Part shown: positions 1-8,822 of the stretch, in pieces
Numbering within the stretch: position 1 is the first letter of the stretch
Layout: each line of letters starts with the position of its first letter
Source: Calditrichota bacterium
GTDB lineage: Bacteria > Electryoneota > RPQS01
DNA length: 64,000 nucleotides
Direction of reading: 5' to 3'
Assembly: GCA_020637395.1 (NCBI GenBank)
Contig: JACJWA010000003.1
Span: 10,380-74,379, forward strand
Notes under the pieces: model-generated
Told to the model about the DNA's origin: nothing
The model's database searches: none
Seen by the model: the letters and a program-made list of their open reading frames with translations, nothing else
Position numbers and translations under genes: made by a program

Positions 1-319
1 GTGGCCTATTTTCGAGATAATGAACATGAATTCTCCCTACGACCAATCCTTGCACGACGATCTCCGCAGTCTGCGACCAGGGCGAGTGGGCAAAATTGCT
101 CGAGCAATACGCATGGTCGCCGTAATCCAGTTTGCAGCAGCAAACATCGGAGAATTGCCATCCTGTCGGAATAGCTTCAGCGACCTTGGATAGTACGTCG
201 TCAAGCTCGCGCCCATAGTCCTTTAGCAACTCTTCAATTTGGTAGAGGCAATTAAGCTCTTTTGCACGTTCCGAGAGGTCGTGTAAAAGCTTGTCAATGT
301 TCGGCCCGTTCTCATTCAT
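1..319 (-). CDS. hypothetical protein, N-terminal fragment (continues past left edge)
   Basis: Own minus-strand translation from ATG 319-317: MNENGPNIDKLLHDLSERAKELNCLYQIEELL...FSDVCCCKLDYGDHAYC..., open to nt 1. Start overlaps the TGA of the upstream gene (ATGAATGA). Absent from the ORF track because there is no stop in the window. Function not recognisable. Confidence 0.45.
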   Translation of the reverse strand, partial: MNENGPNIDKLLHDLSERAKELNCLYQIEELLKDYGRELDDVLSKVAEAIPTGWQFSDVCCCKLDYGDHAYCSSNFAHSPWSQTAEIVVQGLVVGRIHVHYLENRP

Positions 320-2084
320 ATAGTATTATTCCGCGTCTTGTTTTGCCGTCAACCATAGTCTTGAATGGTGATCTTGCTCTCAGTAATAGAACAAAATTGG
401 TTTCTTCGATGACGTCACAAGCATCCAAGACATCCCATGCGATATCGCGCAGAGAGTTTTCGTGAGGCATGGAGAAATAGAAAACTCGAAAACTTGTCAA
501 GTTGTGAAAAAAGTGCGAGCCCTGGCTGGGAGAAACCACCATACCTGGCAGCGTTGCTTCAACTATCACTCTCGCTGAAGAGATCTGCCCTACGTGCACG
601 GGAATCCCGCGCCATTCGTCTGTCGTACCCCAGCGGCCATAGCCTACTAAGATACTATTCCTATTCTCACGAATCAACCGCGCATTCAAGTATTCGATTT
701 CGTTGGCGATAGCCGGCGTGTGCTTCCAGTCAAACAAATCCCGCCGGACGAGAATAATATCTTCAATAGTATCGATAATTCCGTTACCCAAAGCATTGTC
801 TGAAGCCAACAAGACATTTGTCGCTTCGAAATCCTCATCACCAAACTCGACGTTTACGGAGTCGATGACAATTGGCCGGACTTGCAAAAACCCGAAGCTC
901 GCCGGCAGTCCATCCTCGAGATCCAAGGACATCGCAAACTCGATCTCCACGGGACTGCCGAGCGCTGTCTCGCATTCCTTCAGCAACAGCTTAAGAAGTT
1001 GATTCAGCGGAACTCTGTCGTGAGTCAATATTGGGGTGAAGTTTAGCAACCTCGGTCCGCGCGTGCTGATTCCGCTCCGAATTCGCCCTGACTCCGCATC
1101 AAACGTCGAAGCGAGGAATTTGAGACTTCCGTCAGCTTCGGCATCCGGCAATTCGCAGCGAATCAAGTATTCGGCTTCATTTACAGGATCATAGACGGTC
1201 GGTTTCTCCATATTCACTGCCCAGAACGCCACCTGAGAATGTTTGAGCATGTCGGAGATTGTATTGAAGGGCGGCCCGACGTGAGGCAGATGCGGGGAAT
1301 AAGTCCACGCCGCTTCACCGTCCACAACGGTTTTGCCAAGTCCAAGGGCCAAGTCGATAACGCCATCTTCAGGACGCACCCAATTCATAGCGTAAAAGTT
1401 AAAACACCTCGCTACTCCTGAAACTTCGGGATAGAATCTTTTGCCGTGTCGCTTTCCGACAACTTCTTGCAGAATGACAGCCATCTTCTCATCCGTCGTG
1501 TCATCAGTGCAGTTTTGTCTGTAGATTCTTGCTTCTCGGAAATATGTTGACGCATAAACATATTTGATCGCTTCAAGTAGACGCATAAAGCGTTCTGACG
1601 GACTGAATTGATTGTTCGGCACCATCTTTGTCCCGTACACGCCGGCAAAGGGACGGTAAAGTGCATCCTCAAGCCTGCTTGAAGACCTTACTGCTATCGG
1701 AGTTGTCAGACTTTGCGCAAGAGTCATCAAATCGCCAACGCACTCGGTTGGAAAATCGCCCCGCTGGAATGCATCTGCAATTCGGACATCTGACGTTTCC
1801 GATTTGACAAGCTCTTGCAGTTCGTTTCGCTCCATGAACAAGTCGAAGACTTCGGTTGTGAGAACGACCATGCGGGGAATCGATACGGAAACACCTTCGA
1901 GTTCGCCCGCGAGATCAAGCCTGTCGATAAGGGCTCTGGCGGCCAGAAGCCCGTGCGCTTTCCCTCCGATTTCACCAGAGCCAATCCGTGTAATAGGAGT
2001 CCGGTGAAATCCAATATCCCGAGAGTACTCTGGAATCAGATCAAGAATCTGCTCATGTGTATGCGTAAAGGGAGTGAGTTTCAT
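312..2084 (-). CDS. PEP/pyruvate-binding domain (PPDK_N-type ATP-grasp) protein
   Basis: ORF 312..2129. GGKAHGLLAA and IAVRSSSRLEDA..FAGVYGT resemble the nucleotide-binding domain of PEP synthase/PPDK. No GGxTSHAAI swivel-His motif seen. Start moved to ATG 2084 (MKLTPF...). Confidence 0.7.
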   Translation of the reverse strand: MKLTPFTHTHEQILDLIPEYSRDIGFHRTPITRIGSGEIGGKAHGLLAARALIDRLDLAGELEGVSVSIPRMVVLTTEVFDLFMERNELQELVKSETSDVRIADAFQRGDFPTECVGDLMTLAQSLTTPIAVRSSSRLEDALYRPFAGVYGTKMVPNNQFSPSERFMRLLEAIKYVYASTYFREARIYRQNCTDDTTDEKMAVILQEVVGKRHGKRFYPEVSGVARCFNFYAMNWVRPEDGVIDLALGLGKTVVDGEAAWTYSPHLPHVGPPFNTISDMLKHSQVAFWAVNMEKPTVYDPVNEAEYLIRCELPDAEADGSLKFLASTFDAESGRIRSGISTRGPRLLNFTPILTHDRVPLNQLLKLLLKECETALGSPVEIEFAMSLDLEDGLPASFGFLQVRPIVIDSVNVEFGDEDFEATNVLLASDNALGNGIIDTIEDIILVRRDLFDWKHTPAIANEIEYLNARLIRENRNSILVGYGRWGTTDEWRGIPVHVGQISSARVIVEATLPGMVVSPSQGSHFFHNLTSFRVFYFSMPHENSLRDIAWDVLDACDVIEETNFVLLLRARSPFKTMVDGKTRRGIILYE

Positions 2085-2166
2085 GTGACACAAAAAGTAG
2101 AAATGGAACCGGAATATCTCCGGTTCCATTTCGTTTGTTATATAGGAATTGTTTCAGTCCGTTCGT

Positions 2167-3453
2167 TTACACCCAACCTCTGTCACGGCACGCTTTCGCA
2201 ACGCGGTCCACGGCAATCGTGTAGGCGGCGTCACGCATATACAGCTTCTTCTTTCTCGCAAGTTCGCTGACACGCAAATATGCGGACGTCATCTTAGTGT
2301 CCAGTTTGCCGAGTACTTCATCCTTCTCCCAGAAGTAATTTATGTTGCTCTGCACTTGCTCAAAGTAGCTACACGTCACTCCTCCCGCATTGGCCAATAG
2401 ATCGGGAAGCATGAAAATGCCGCGCTTGTGGATCTCGATGTCCGCATCGGGAGTGGTCGGCCCATTCGCGCCTTCGGCGATGATCTTAACTCTCTTTGAA
2501 ATCTTGTTGACGTTTGAAGCAGTTATCTGATTCTCCATTGCGGAGGGGAAGAGAATATCGACCTCTTGCTCAATCCAAGCTTCACCCGGAAGGACCTCAT
2601 AGCCGAGGTCCGTAGCCTTATCTTTGTCGACTCCGCCAAAACGGTCTGTGATCTGCAGCAATGCGCCCAGATCTATTCCGTCTTTCTTACGCAGGGTGCG
2701 CGGAGTCTGTTCCTTTTGGTCCCAATAGGAGATGGCGATAACTTTGCCGCCAAGTTGCGTATAAAGTTGGATCGCGTACTGTGCCACGTTTCCAAATCCC
2801 TGAACACTTGCTATCGTGTCTGCGGGCTTGATATTCATCTCTCGCAGTGCTTCCCGCACCGTGAAGACCACACCATATCCGGTGGCTTCAGTGCGCCCCA
2901 ATGATCCGCCCATACCGACTGGCTTGCCCGTGATCAACCCCGGGAATCTCGCTCCTCGAATCGTTTCGTACTCGTCAAGCATCCAGAGCATGTGCTGGGC
3001 ATTAGTCATCACATCAGGAGCCGGAACATCTCGATCCGGTCCAATGTCTTGCGCGAGTTGCCGGACCCATCCACGGCAAATTTGTTCTTGCTCACGGCCG
3101 CTGAGATTGTGCGGATCGCAGATTACGCCGCCTTTGCTGCCGCCCAAGGGGATGTCTACGACGCTGCACTTCCAGGTCATCCACATTGACAACGCGCGAA
3201 CCGTATCAAGCGTTTCCATAGGGTGAAATCGAATGCCGCCCTTACCCGGGCCGCGTGCGTCGTTGTGCTGGACTCTGAAACCGCGGAAGACCTGTGTCGT
3301 GCCGTTGTCCATTCTCACGGGTATAGCAAATGAGTACTCTCGAAGCGGTTGGCGCAATAGCTCGCAGGTTGCCTGATCGAGACCGAGCTGCTTTGCCGTT
3401 TGATCGAATTGCGCTTGTGCCATTTCGAACGCGTTGAATGACTTAGTAGCCAT
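2167..3453 (-). CDS. gdhA: glutamate dehydrogenase (Glu/Leu/Phe/Val dehydrogenase family)
   Basis: ORF 2167..3492. GKGGIRFHP and PLGGSKGGV motifs; about 428 aa. Start set to ATG 3453 (MATKSF...), preceded by GGAGG. Confidence 0.9.
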   Translation of the reverse strand: MATKSFNAFEMAQAQFDQTAKQLGLDQATCELLRQPLREYSFAIPVRMDNGTTQVFRGFRVQHNDARGPGKGGIRFHPMETLDTVRALSMWMTWKCSVVDIPLGGSKGGVICDPHNLSGREQEQICRGWVRQLAQDIGPDRDVPAPDVMTNAQHMLWMLDEYETIRGARFPGLITGKPVGMGGSLGRTEATGYGVVFTVREALREMNIKPADTIASVQGFGNVAQYAIQLYTQLGGKVIAISYWDQKEQTPRTLRKKDGIDLGALLQITDRFGGVDKDKATDLGYEVLPGEAWIEQEVDILFPSAMENQITASNVNKISKRVKIIAEGANGPTTPDADIEIHKRGIFMLPDLLANAGGVTCSYFEQVQSNINYFWEKDEVLGKLDTKMTSAYLRVSELARKKKLYMRDAAYTIAVDRVAKACRDRGWV

Positions 3454-3970
3454 TACTGTGATTCCTCCGAATCGTTGTGCTGCAGGCGGCAATCTAATAC
3501 CACATGCACACAGTTAAGTTTGGGAATTCATCCTGCTTCCAGGAGCTGGCCGTTCACAATGAACTTTCAGCACCACAAATGTACGAAAGTGCAAAATCGT
3601 CCGCTACAGGCAGCTTTCCCCTACTTTAATACAAACAATTATAAATGTTACATATACGAGACTGTGATTAGCACACACAACGTTTGAGAAATATTTCACA
3701 ACAAAACATCGTCCCTTTTGCATTTCAGGGATCATTTCCCGAAAAGTCATTACCCGCTTTAGCACCAGAAGTCGAAAGCCCCTGGATTTCAGGCCAAGGG
3801 CTTTGGGTCACTTTTACTTTGATTCAAAGCATTTCATCATGGTCGACAGAATCAGATCACGTGCAAACCAAACTGACAGTTCTCCCTAAAGTCGAGTCTA
3901 CTCATGAAGAACTCCCAGAGCATTGGCTTAGAACGAATGAAACTGAACTCGCAAAAAGCGAACTGCTTTG

Positions 3971-4402
3971 CTAAGGCTGCGGAATCCAGAGTTTCTTCTC
4001 ACGCATTTTAACAAGATCCGCAATTGTGGTCAGTTTCAGGAAAGACTCGACCTCTGCTTTCTTGGTTTTCCACAGTTGATGCACGCAGCACGCCGTTTCG
4101 TCGCTGCAGACGCCGTGGCCAAGTATACAGTCTTGCGCAAGAGTCAGTCCGTCGAAGAGAATAAACACATCATAGAGCGCTATCTCATCAGGCTTGCGCA
4201 GAAGCGTGAATCCGCCTCCCGGCCCTTTGCTCGAGTTGACGAAGCCGTTTGACGATAGATCGCGAAGCAACTTCGATAGAAAAGGTGCCGGTAAATTTTC
4301 AGTCTTTGCGATCGCGCTCGCCAAAACAGCGCCATTATTCATGTTCTGTGCAAGGTGCACCAAGGCACGTATTGCATAACCGGTCTGTCGGGAAAATATC
4401 AT
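3971..4402 (-). CDS. Rrf2-family transcriptional regulator (Fe-S type, three clustered Cys)
   Basis: MIFSRQTGYAIRALVHLA N-terminal wHTH; C-terminal CILGHGVCSDETACC cluster-ligand-like cysteines. Confidence 0.85.
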   Translation of the reverse strand: MIFSRQTGYAIRALVHLAQNMNNGAVLASAIAKTENLPAPFLSKLLRDLSSNGFVNSSKGPGGGFTLLRKPDEIALYDVFILFDGLTLAQDCILGHGVCSDETACCVHQLWKTKKAEVESFLKLTTIADLVKMREKKLWIPQP

Positions 4403-4543
4403 TTCCCTATCCTTTTACCTATCACAAAAGATCTACTATTGTTCAAAATAACACTCAATGTAAGCTACGATCATTAATCATGTTTTTGTGACTAAGCCAA
4501 CTACAAAACCTTTTTCAAGGTATTGAAGTTGACCCGCTCGCCA

Positions 4544-5320
4544 TTAGAACGAATGCCAAGCCCTTAGCGTTGCAAGTATAAGCTTTATTGAAGCCATAAG
4601 CAACACGATTGCAAGAAGTCGTCGCAGCCAATTAGGACTTACTCGGTTTGCTCCGACATAGGAACCGAGCAATCCACCAAGAAAGGCCCCCACAATAACT
4701 CCCGCTGCGGGCGCGAGCGTCAGCTTATTTGACATGGCGCGGCCAGCCAATCCAGCAAGTGAGTTAACCAGAATGAACAGTGCAGACAAAGTCGCAACAG
4801 GTTTTACAGTCGCCCAGCGCATCAGTAGAGCCAACGGACTCAGAAAGATGCCTCCGCCCACACCAACAATTCCGGACAATAGCCCAATCGCGCTTCCGCT
4901 TCCAACCACACTCCATGTATGTGGTGTTCTCAGTGCATCTAATTGACCACTGTTTCTCACAACACCAATCCGTGCCGCAGCAAATACCAACACCGCCGCC
5001 AACAGCAGCTTATAGATATGCGCGTCAACTCGAAGCATTCCCCCGATAAACGCAAACGGAACGGCAAAAAGTATGATTGGCCACGAGAAAGCCGGGAGTC
5101 TGTGCCCACCCCTGCGGTACATTGCAAATGCAAGTGTTGCAACCATAACATTCAGCAGCAGAGCTGAACTTGACATCTGTTCCGGCGAAAACGCGAAGAA
5201 GCTCATTACGGCAAGGTAGCCTGAAGCTCCTCCGTGCCCGACGGAGGAATAGACAGCCGCAACAAGGAAGATTATCGACGGTAGCAAAAGATAATGTAAA
5301 GTGTTGGACTCAATCATCAA
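4544..5320 (-). CDS. TauE/SafE (DUF81) family anion permease
   Basis: 258-aa polytopic membrane protein. Two-fold repeat with G-rich helices (VGHGGASGY, GVGGGIF) typical of the family. Confidence 0.7.
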   Translation of the reverse strand: MMIESNTLHYLLLPSIIFLVAAVYSSVGHGGASGYLAVMSFFAFSPEQMSSSALLLNVMVATLAFAMYRRGGHRLPAFSWPIILFAVPFAFIGGMLRVDAHIYKLLLAAVLVFAAARIGVVRNSGQLDALRTPHTWSVVGSGSAIGLLSGIVGVGGGIFLSPLALLMRWATVKPVATLSALFILVNSLAGLAGRAMSNKLTLAPAAGVIVGAFLGGLLGSYVGANRVSPNWLRRLLAIVLLMASIKLILATLRAWHSF

Positions 5321-5350
5321 ATATTTGCGAGGGAACTTACTAACAAAGTC

Positions 5351-6565
5351 TTAAGTCCAAGGCAACAAAATCACCTTAACTATGTCATCCCCGCGAATGG
5401 TTCCAGGTTCACCATCGCAAACAATCAAACAGTCTGCGTTGACCAACCCTCCAAGCATATGGGATTGTTGGCCGTGGCACGGTTTCGCCTTCAATTCTCC
5501 ATATTCGGTCGAGAGCGTCGCTCTGACGAATTCGGTTCGAGGAGTACGTTTCTTGACAGTCGCGCCCAGTCTAGCCGAAATCAGTTTGGGTTCGGAGTAG
5601 ACTCCACCCGACATTACCTGTAACGCTGGCCGTACAAGTAGTGCAAACACCACAAGAGCCGCAACTGGATTTCCAGGTAATCCAAACACATGCTTTGTTC
5701 CGACCTTTGCATGGACAGTCGGCTTTCCTGGCTTGATCGAAATACTTTCTATATCAATTTCACCCCCGAGGCTTGTCAGGGCAGGCTTTACGTAATCAAC
5801 ATCTCCGACTGATGCGCCACCGGACGTGATAACCACATCGGCATTGTTTAGCGCTTCACTCAAGGCATTTTGAGTTTCACCCAAGTTGTCTTTACAACTG
5901 AAAGCGCACGAGACAGAAATTCCCATTTCGGCAAGTACTGTCATCAAACCAAGCCGATTCGAATCGTAAATTTGAGAGGATCCAAGCTCCTCGCCCGGTT
6001 GCACAAGTTCAGAACCTGTTATTACAAGTGCAACGCTGGGTTTTCTGAATACTCTGACTTGAGTGACGCCAAGCGAAGATGCAAGAGCGATGGCAGGCGG
6101 AGTCATTCGGGTTCGCTCGGGAATACAAACGGCTCCTTCCTTGAACTCTTCACCCGAAAATCGAATGTTTCGGCTGATCGCGATTGGCTCAGTGATGTTG
6201 ACAGTATCGCTTTCGCTTGTAGTATCTTCAAGCATGACGACAGAGTCAGCACCATTCGGAATTGATGCACCCGTAAAAATACGCGCTGCTTGCCCACTCT
6301 TAAGACTGAATGTTGTCGCTTCGCCTGTATGCACGGTTCCAGCAATCTGAAGCTTCGCGGGTGTATTTGTCGTCGCGGCGATCGTATCCCGTGATTGAAC
6401 TGCAAATCCGTCGACCGCGCTGTTGTCAAACCGTGGAATGGGAAACTTTGCGGTTAGCTCTTCTGCGAGGTGGTAGTTCAGCGCGTCCGCCAGCAGCCTG
6501 ACTTCGTGCCCGCTGTTCTTGCAAGAATTAAGAATTATTCCTTTCGCTTCGGCTAAGCTAATCAT
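5351..6565 (-). CDS. moeA: molybdopterin molybdenumtransferase MoeA
   Basis: 404 aa. PRFDNSAVDGFAV and ITSGGASVGDVDY motifs; overlaps the upstream gene by 8 nt. Confidence 0.9.
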   Translation of the reverse strand: MISLAEAKGIILNSCKNSGHEVRLLADALNYHLAEELTAKFPIPRFDNSAVDGFAVQSRDTIAATTNTPAKLQIAGTVHTGEATTFSLKSGQAARIFTGASIPNGADSVVMLEDTTSESDTVNITEPIAISRNIRFSGEEFKEGAVCIPERTRMTPPAIALASSLGVTQVRVFRKPSVALVITGSELVQPGEELGSSQIYDSNRLGLMTVLAEMGISVSCAFSCKDNLGETQNALSEALNNADVVITSGGASVGDVDYVKPALTSLGGEIDIESISIKPGKPTVHAKVGTKHVFGLPGNPVAALVVFALLVRPALQVMSGGVYSEPKLISARLGATVKKRTPRTEFVRATLSTEYGELKAKPCHGQQSHMLGGLVNADCLIVCDGEPGTIRGDDIVKVILLPWT

Positions 6566-7496
6566 CGCTGTTCTTCAACTTTGGATTCTCATGCCCACCG
6601 CTCCGCATCATCGGAAACGCATGCAGCAAAGCAGGGAACAGTGCATCGAGTGATTCCTGGACTCCGCGCTTCGATCCCGGAAGATTCAGAATCAGTGTAT
6701 TGCCCCGTATCCCGGCCGACGAGCGGGAAAGCATGGCATAAGGCGTGCGCTGCTGGCCGTAGGCACGCATCGCTTCCGGTATTCCGGGAATGCTGCGCTC
6801 AATGACTTCCAACATTGCCTCTGGAGTTGTGTCTCTTGGACTAAAACCGGTGCCGCCCGTCGTTACCACAAGGTCAAGTCGCGACTTATCACAGTAGTCT
6901 CTCAACTTATCAATGATGGCTACTCGGTCGTCGGGCAAAATCTCATAACTGTCGACGATAATTCCCGAGTTCGTGAGCACGTCCTTGATGAGCAGCCCTG
7001 ATGCATCTGATTTCTTGCCGGCCGAAACCGAGTCAGACAAAACCAAGACCGCAGCATGCAGCGGAGTAGCGACTTTTGTCTTAAAATCTGATTTACCCCC
7101 GCGCTTTTCAATCAACTTTACGGATTCGATTTCCATTTCGTCGTCGAGCATTTTGAGCATGTCATACACGGTCAATGCGGCAACTGCTGCCGCTGTCATG
7201 GCTTCCATCTCCATGCCCGTACGGTAAATCCCTTTCACCGTCGCAGTCAAGGTGACTCGTGATTCAACGATCTTGTGCTCTATCCCAATAAACTCGATGG
7301 GAACCGGATGACAAAACGGAATAATGTCCTGCGTTCGTTTCGCGGCCATAATTCCCGCGACACGGGCAACTTCGAGTGGATCTCCTTTGGGTACTGACCG
7401 CGCGAGTATGCGTTCAACCGTCGCCGGCGAAATTCGAATAGTGGATTCCGCAACCGCAATTCGAAGAGTTGGCGATTTCTTTGATACGTCGATCAT
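6558..7496 (-). CDS. moaC: bifunctional MoaC (cyclic pyranopterin monophosphate synthase) / MoaB-Mog-like domain protein
   Basis: N-terminal half has MoaC motifs (KGDPLEVARVAGIMAAKRT..IPFCHP). C-terminal half is a MoaB/MogA fold (AAVLVLSDS...VVTTGGTGFSPRDTTPEA). Confidence 0.85.
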   Translation of the reverse strand: MIDVSKKSPTLRIAVAESTIRISPATVERILARSVPKGDPLEVARVAGIMAAKRTQDIIPFCHPVPIEFIGIEHKIVESRVTLTATVKGIYRTGMEMEAMTAAAVAALTVYDMLKMLDDEMEIESVKLIEKRGGKSDFKTKVATPLHAAVLVLSDSVSAGKKSDASGLLIKDVLTNSGIIVDSYEILPDDRVAIIDKLRDYCDKSRLDLVVTTGGTGFSPRDTTPEAMLEVIERSIPGIPEAMRAYGQQRTPYAMLSRSSAGIRGNTLILNLPGSKRGVQESLDALFPALLHAFPMMRSGGHENPKLKNSDD

Positions 7497-8116
7497 GTTT
7501 CTTGATCTATCGAGTTATTTTTTTGTAGATGATCCAATTCAGCCAGATCTTGCGGAGTGTTCACGCTTCGAAGCAGTTCAAGTTCTGATTCGCTAATTGT
7601 CTTTATCCTTGCGTCTGCTCCAACAAGAAGGTCGCGCATTGCGGCCTTTTCGTTCTGCAGCAATTCCTCAACGCGTCCGATCACCGTTTCCGGAATAAGT
7701 GCAGGTAATGGACTGAAGTGATCGTTGTGAAGTCCTAATACCGCTGGGCGACTGTCAATCTGTAACAAAAGTTTTTGAAGCAAGTCAGGAGTCAGCAAAA
7801 TTTGATCGCATCCGACAACGAGGTAATGAGTGCCGAGCCCGCTTTGCAAGAGTCCGAGCAGTGCCCCGACCGGTCCGCGCTGCTCAACGACATCGGGAAC
7901 AACAATTGGGTTTCCCAAAGAAGCCAAATCAATACCGTGCGCATGACCGACTATCGCTTTCGGAATATTCATGCGGCTCAAAACTCCCCACACGGTTTCA
8001 AGTACTGAAAGGCCGGTCGACAACCGCACCCCGGATTTCGGCGTGCCCATTCGGGAACTCATTCCACCCGCCAGAATCGCGGCGACGACCCCATATTTTT
8101 GCTCAGACGTGGTCAT
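7493..8116 (-). CDS. mobA: molybdenum cofactor guanylyltransferase MobA
   Basis: ORF 7493..8146. AAILAGGMSSRMG nucleotide-binding motif. Start set to ATG 8116, preceded by AGGAGA; 4-nt overlap with moaC. Confidence 0.8.
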   Translation of the reverse strand: MTTSEQKYGVVAAILAGGMSSRMGTPKSGVRLSTGLSVLETVWGVLSRMNIPKAIVGHAHGIDLASLGNPIVVPDVVEQRGPVGALLGLLQSGLGTHYLVVGCDQILLTPDLLQKLLLQIDSRPAVLGLHNDHFSPLPALIPETVIGRVEELLQNEKAAMRDLLVGADARIKTISESELELLRSVNTPQDLAELDHLQKNNSIDQET

Positions 8117-8314
8117 ATCTCCTACCAATATAGCAATTCCTTGCAATCCCCCAATTGTTGAACATTAGAATAATTTCGCATCATTAGAACACATGTGGAG
8201 GAGGTTAGAAATGAAGCACCGTGGCTTCTTAGTAGGCTATTCGAGGTACGAAACATTCAACTAATAAAAAAGAAAATATATATTTATCTATTTTGGATTT
8301 TTTACTCCAAAGCA

Positions 8315-8343
8315 TTGACACGCCCACCAATATAATATATATT
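8315..8343 (+). promoter_or_regulatory. candidate sigma70-type promoter of the Rrf2-moaA-nar operon
   Basis: TTGACA (8315-8320), 17-nt spacer, TATATT (8338-8343), 27 nt before the ATG at 8370. An AAAAGA-N8-TCTTTT inverted repeat (8350-8369) lies between the -10 and the start codon. Confidence 0.4.
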
Positions 8344-8369
8344 CGGATAAAAAGATACAATACTCTTTT

Positions 8370-8813
8370 ATGTTGTTTTCACATTCAGCGGCATATGCGG
8401 TTCGAGCACTCACCTGGCTGGCCTGTCAGCCCAAGAACAGCCGCTGGTTGGCAAATGTGGTCGCAACTCAGGAGGGTATCCCTCTGCCCTATCTCAGCAA
8501 AGTCCTCGGAGTGCTGAAATCGCAGGGGTTAGTTTCTTCAATTCGCGGCCCCAACGGTGGATACACTCTTACTCAGGCACCGGACACGATCACGCTTCTT
8601 ATGATATCAGAAATGTTCGACACAGAGAAGAAACTTAGCTCGTGTGTTCTGGCCTACGGTGAATGCGGCAAAACCACGCAGTGCCCGTTCGAACAGCTTT
8701 GGGAGAATTCGCGATCTGTGGTTCGAAATCTTCTCGAATCCACAACGATTGGAACGCTTGCCAGTATCAGCCTTAAGTCAGCAAATTCAGACATACCGAA
8801 TTCAAAATCATAA
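8370..8813 (+). CDS. Rrf2-family regulator, NsrR/IscR-like (three-Cys cluster site)
   Basis: MLFSHSAAYAVRAL wHTH; CVLAYGECGKTTQC spacing typical of Fe-S Rrf2 proteins. First gene of the nar/ytfE operon. Confidence 0.8.
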   Translation: MLFSHSAAYAVRALTWLACQPKNSRWLANVVATQEGIPLPYLSKVLGVLKSQGLVSSIRGPNGGYTLTQAPDTITLLMISEMFDTEKKLSSCVLAYGECGKTTQCPFEQLWENSRSVVRNLLESTTIGTLASISLKSANSDIPNSKS

Positions 8814-8822
8814 AGTACAAAC

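Noticed and set aside
3684-3974. 96-aa plus-strand ORF in the gdh/Rrf2 intergenic region
   Set aside because: TTG start, no RBS, no motif, and it runs into the convergent Rrf2 stop. Treated as non-coding.
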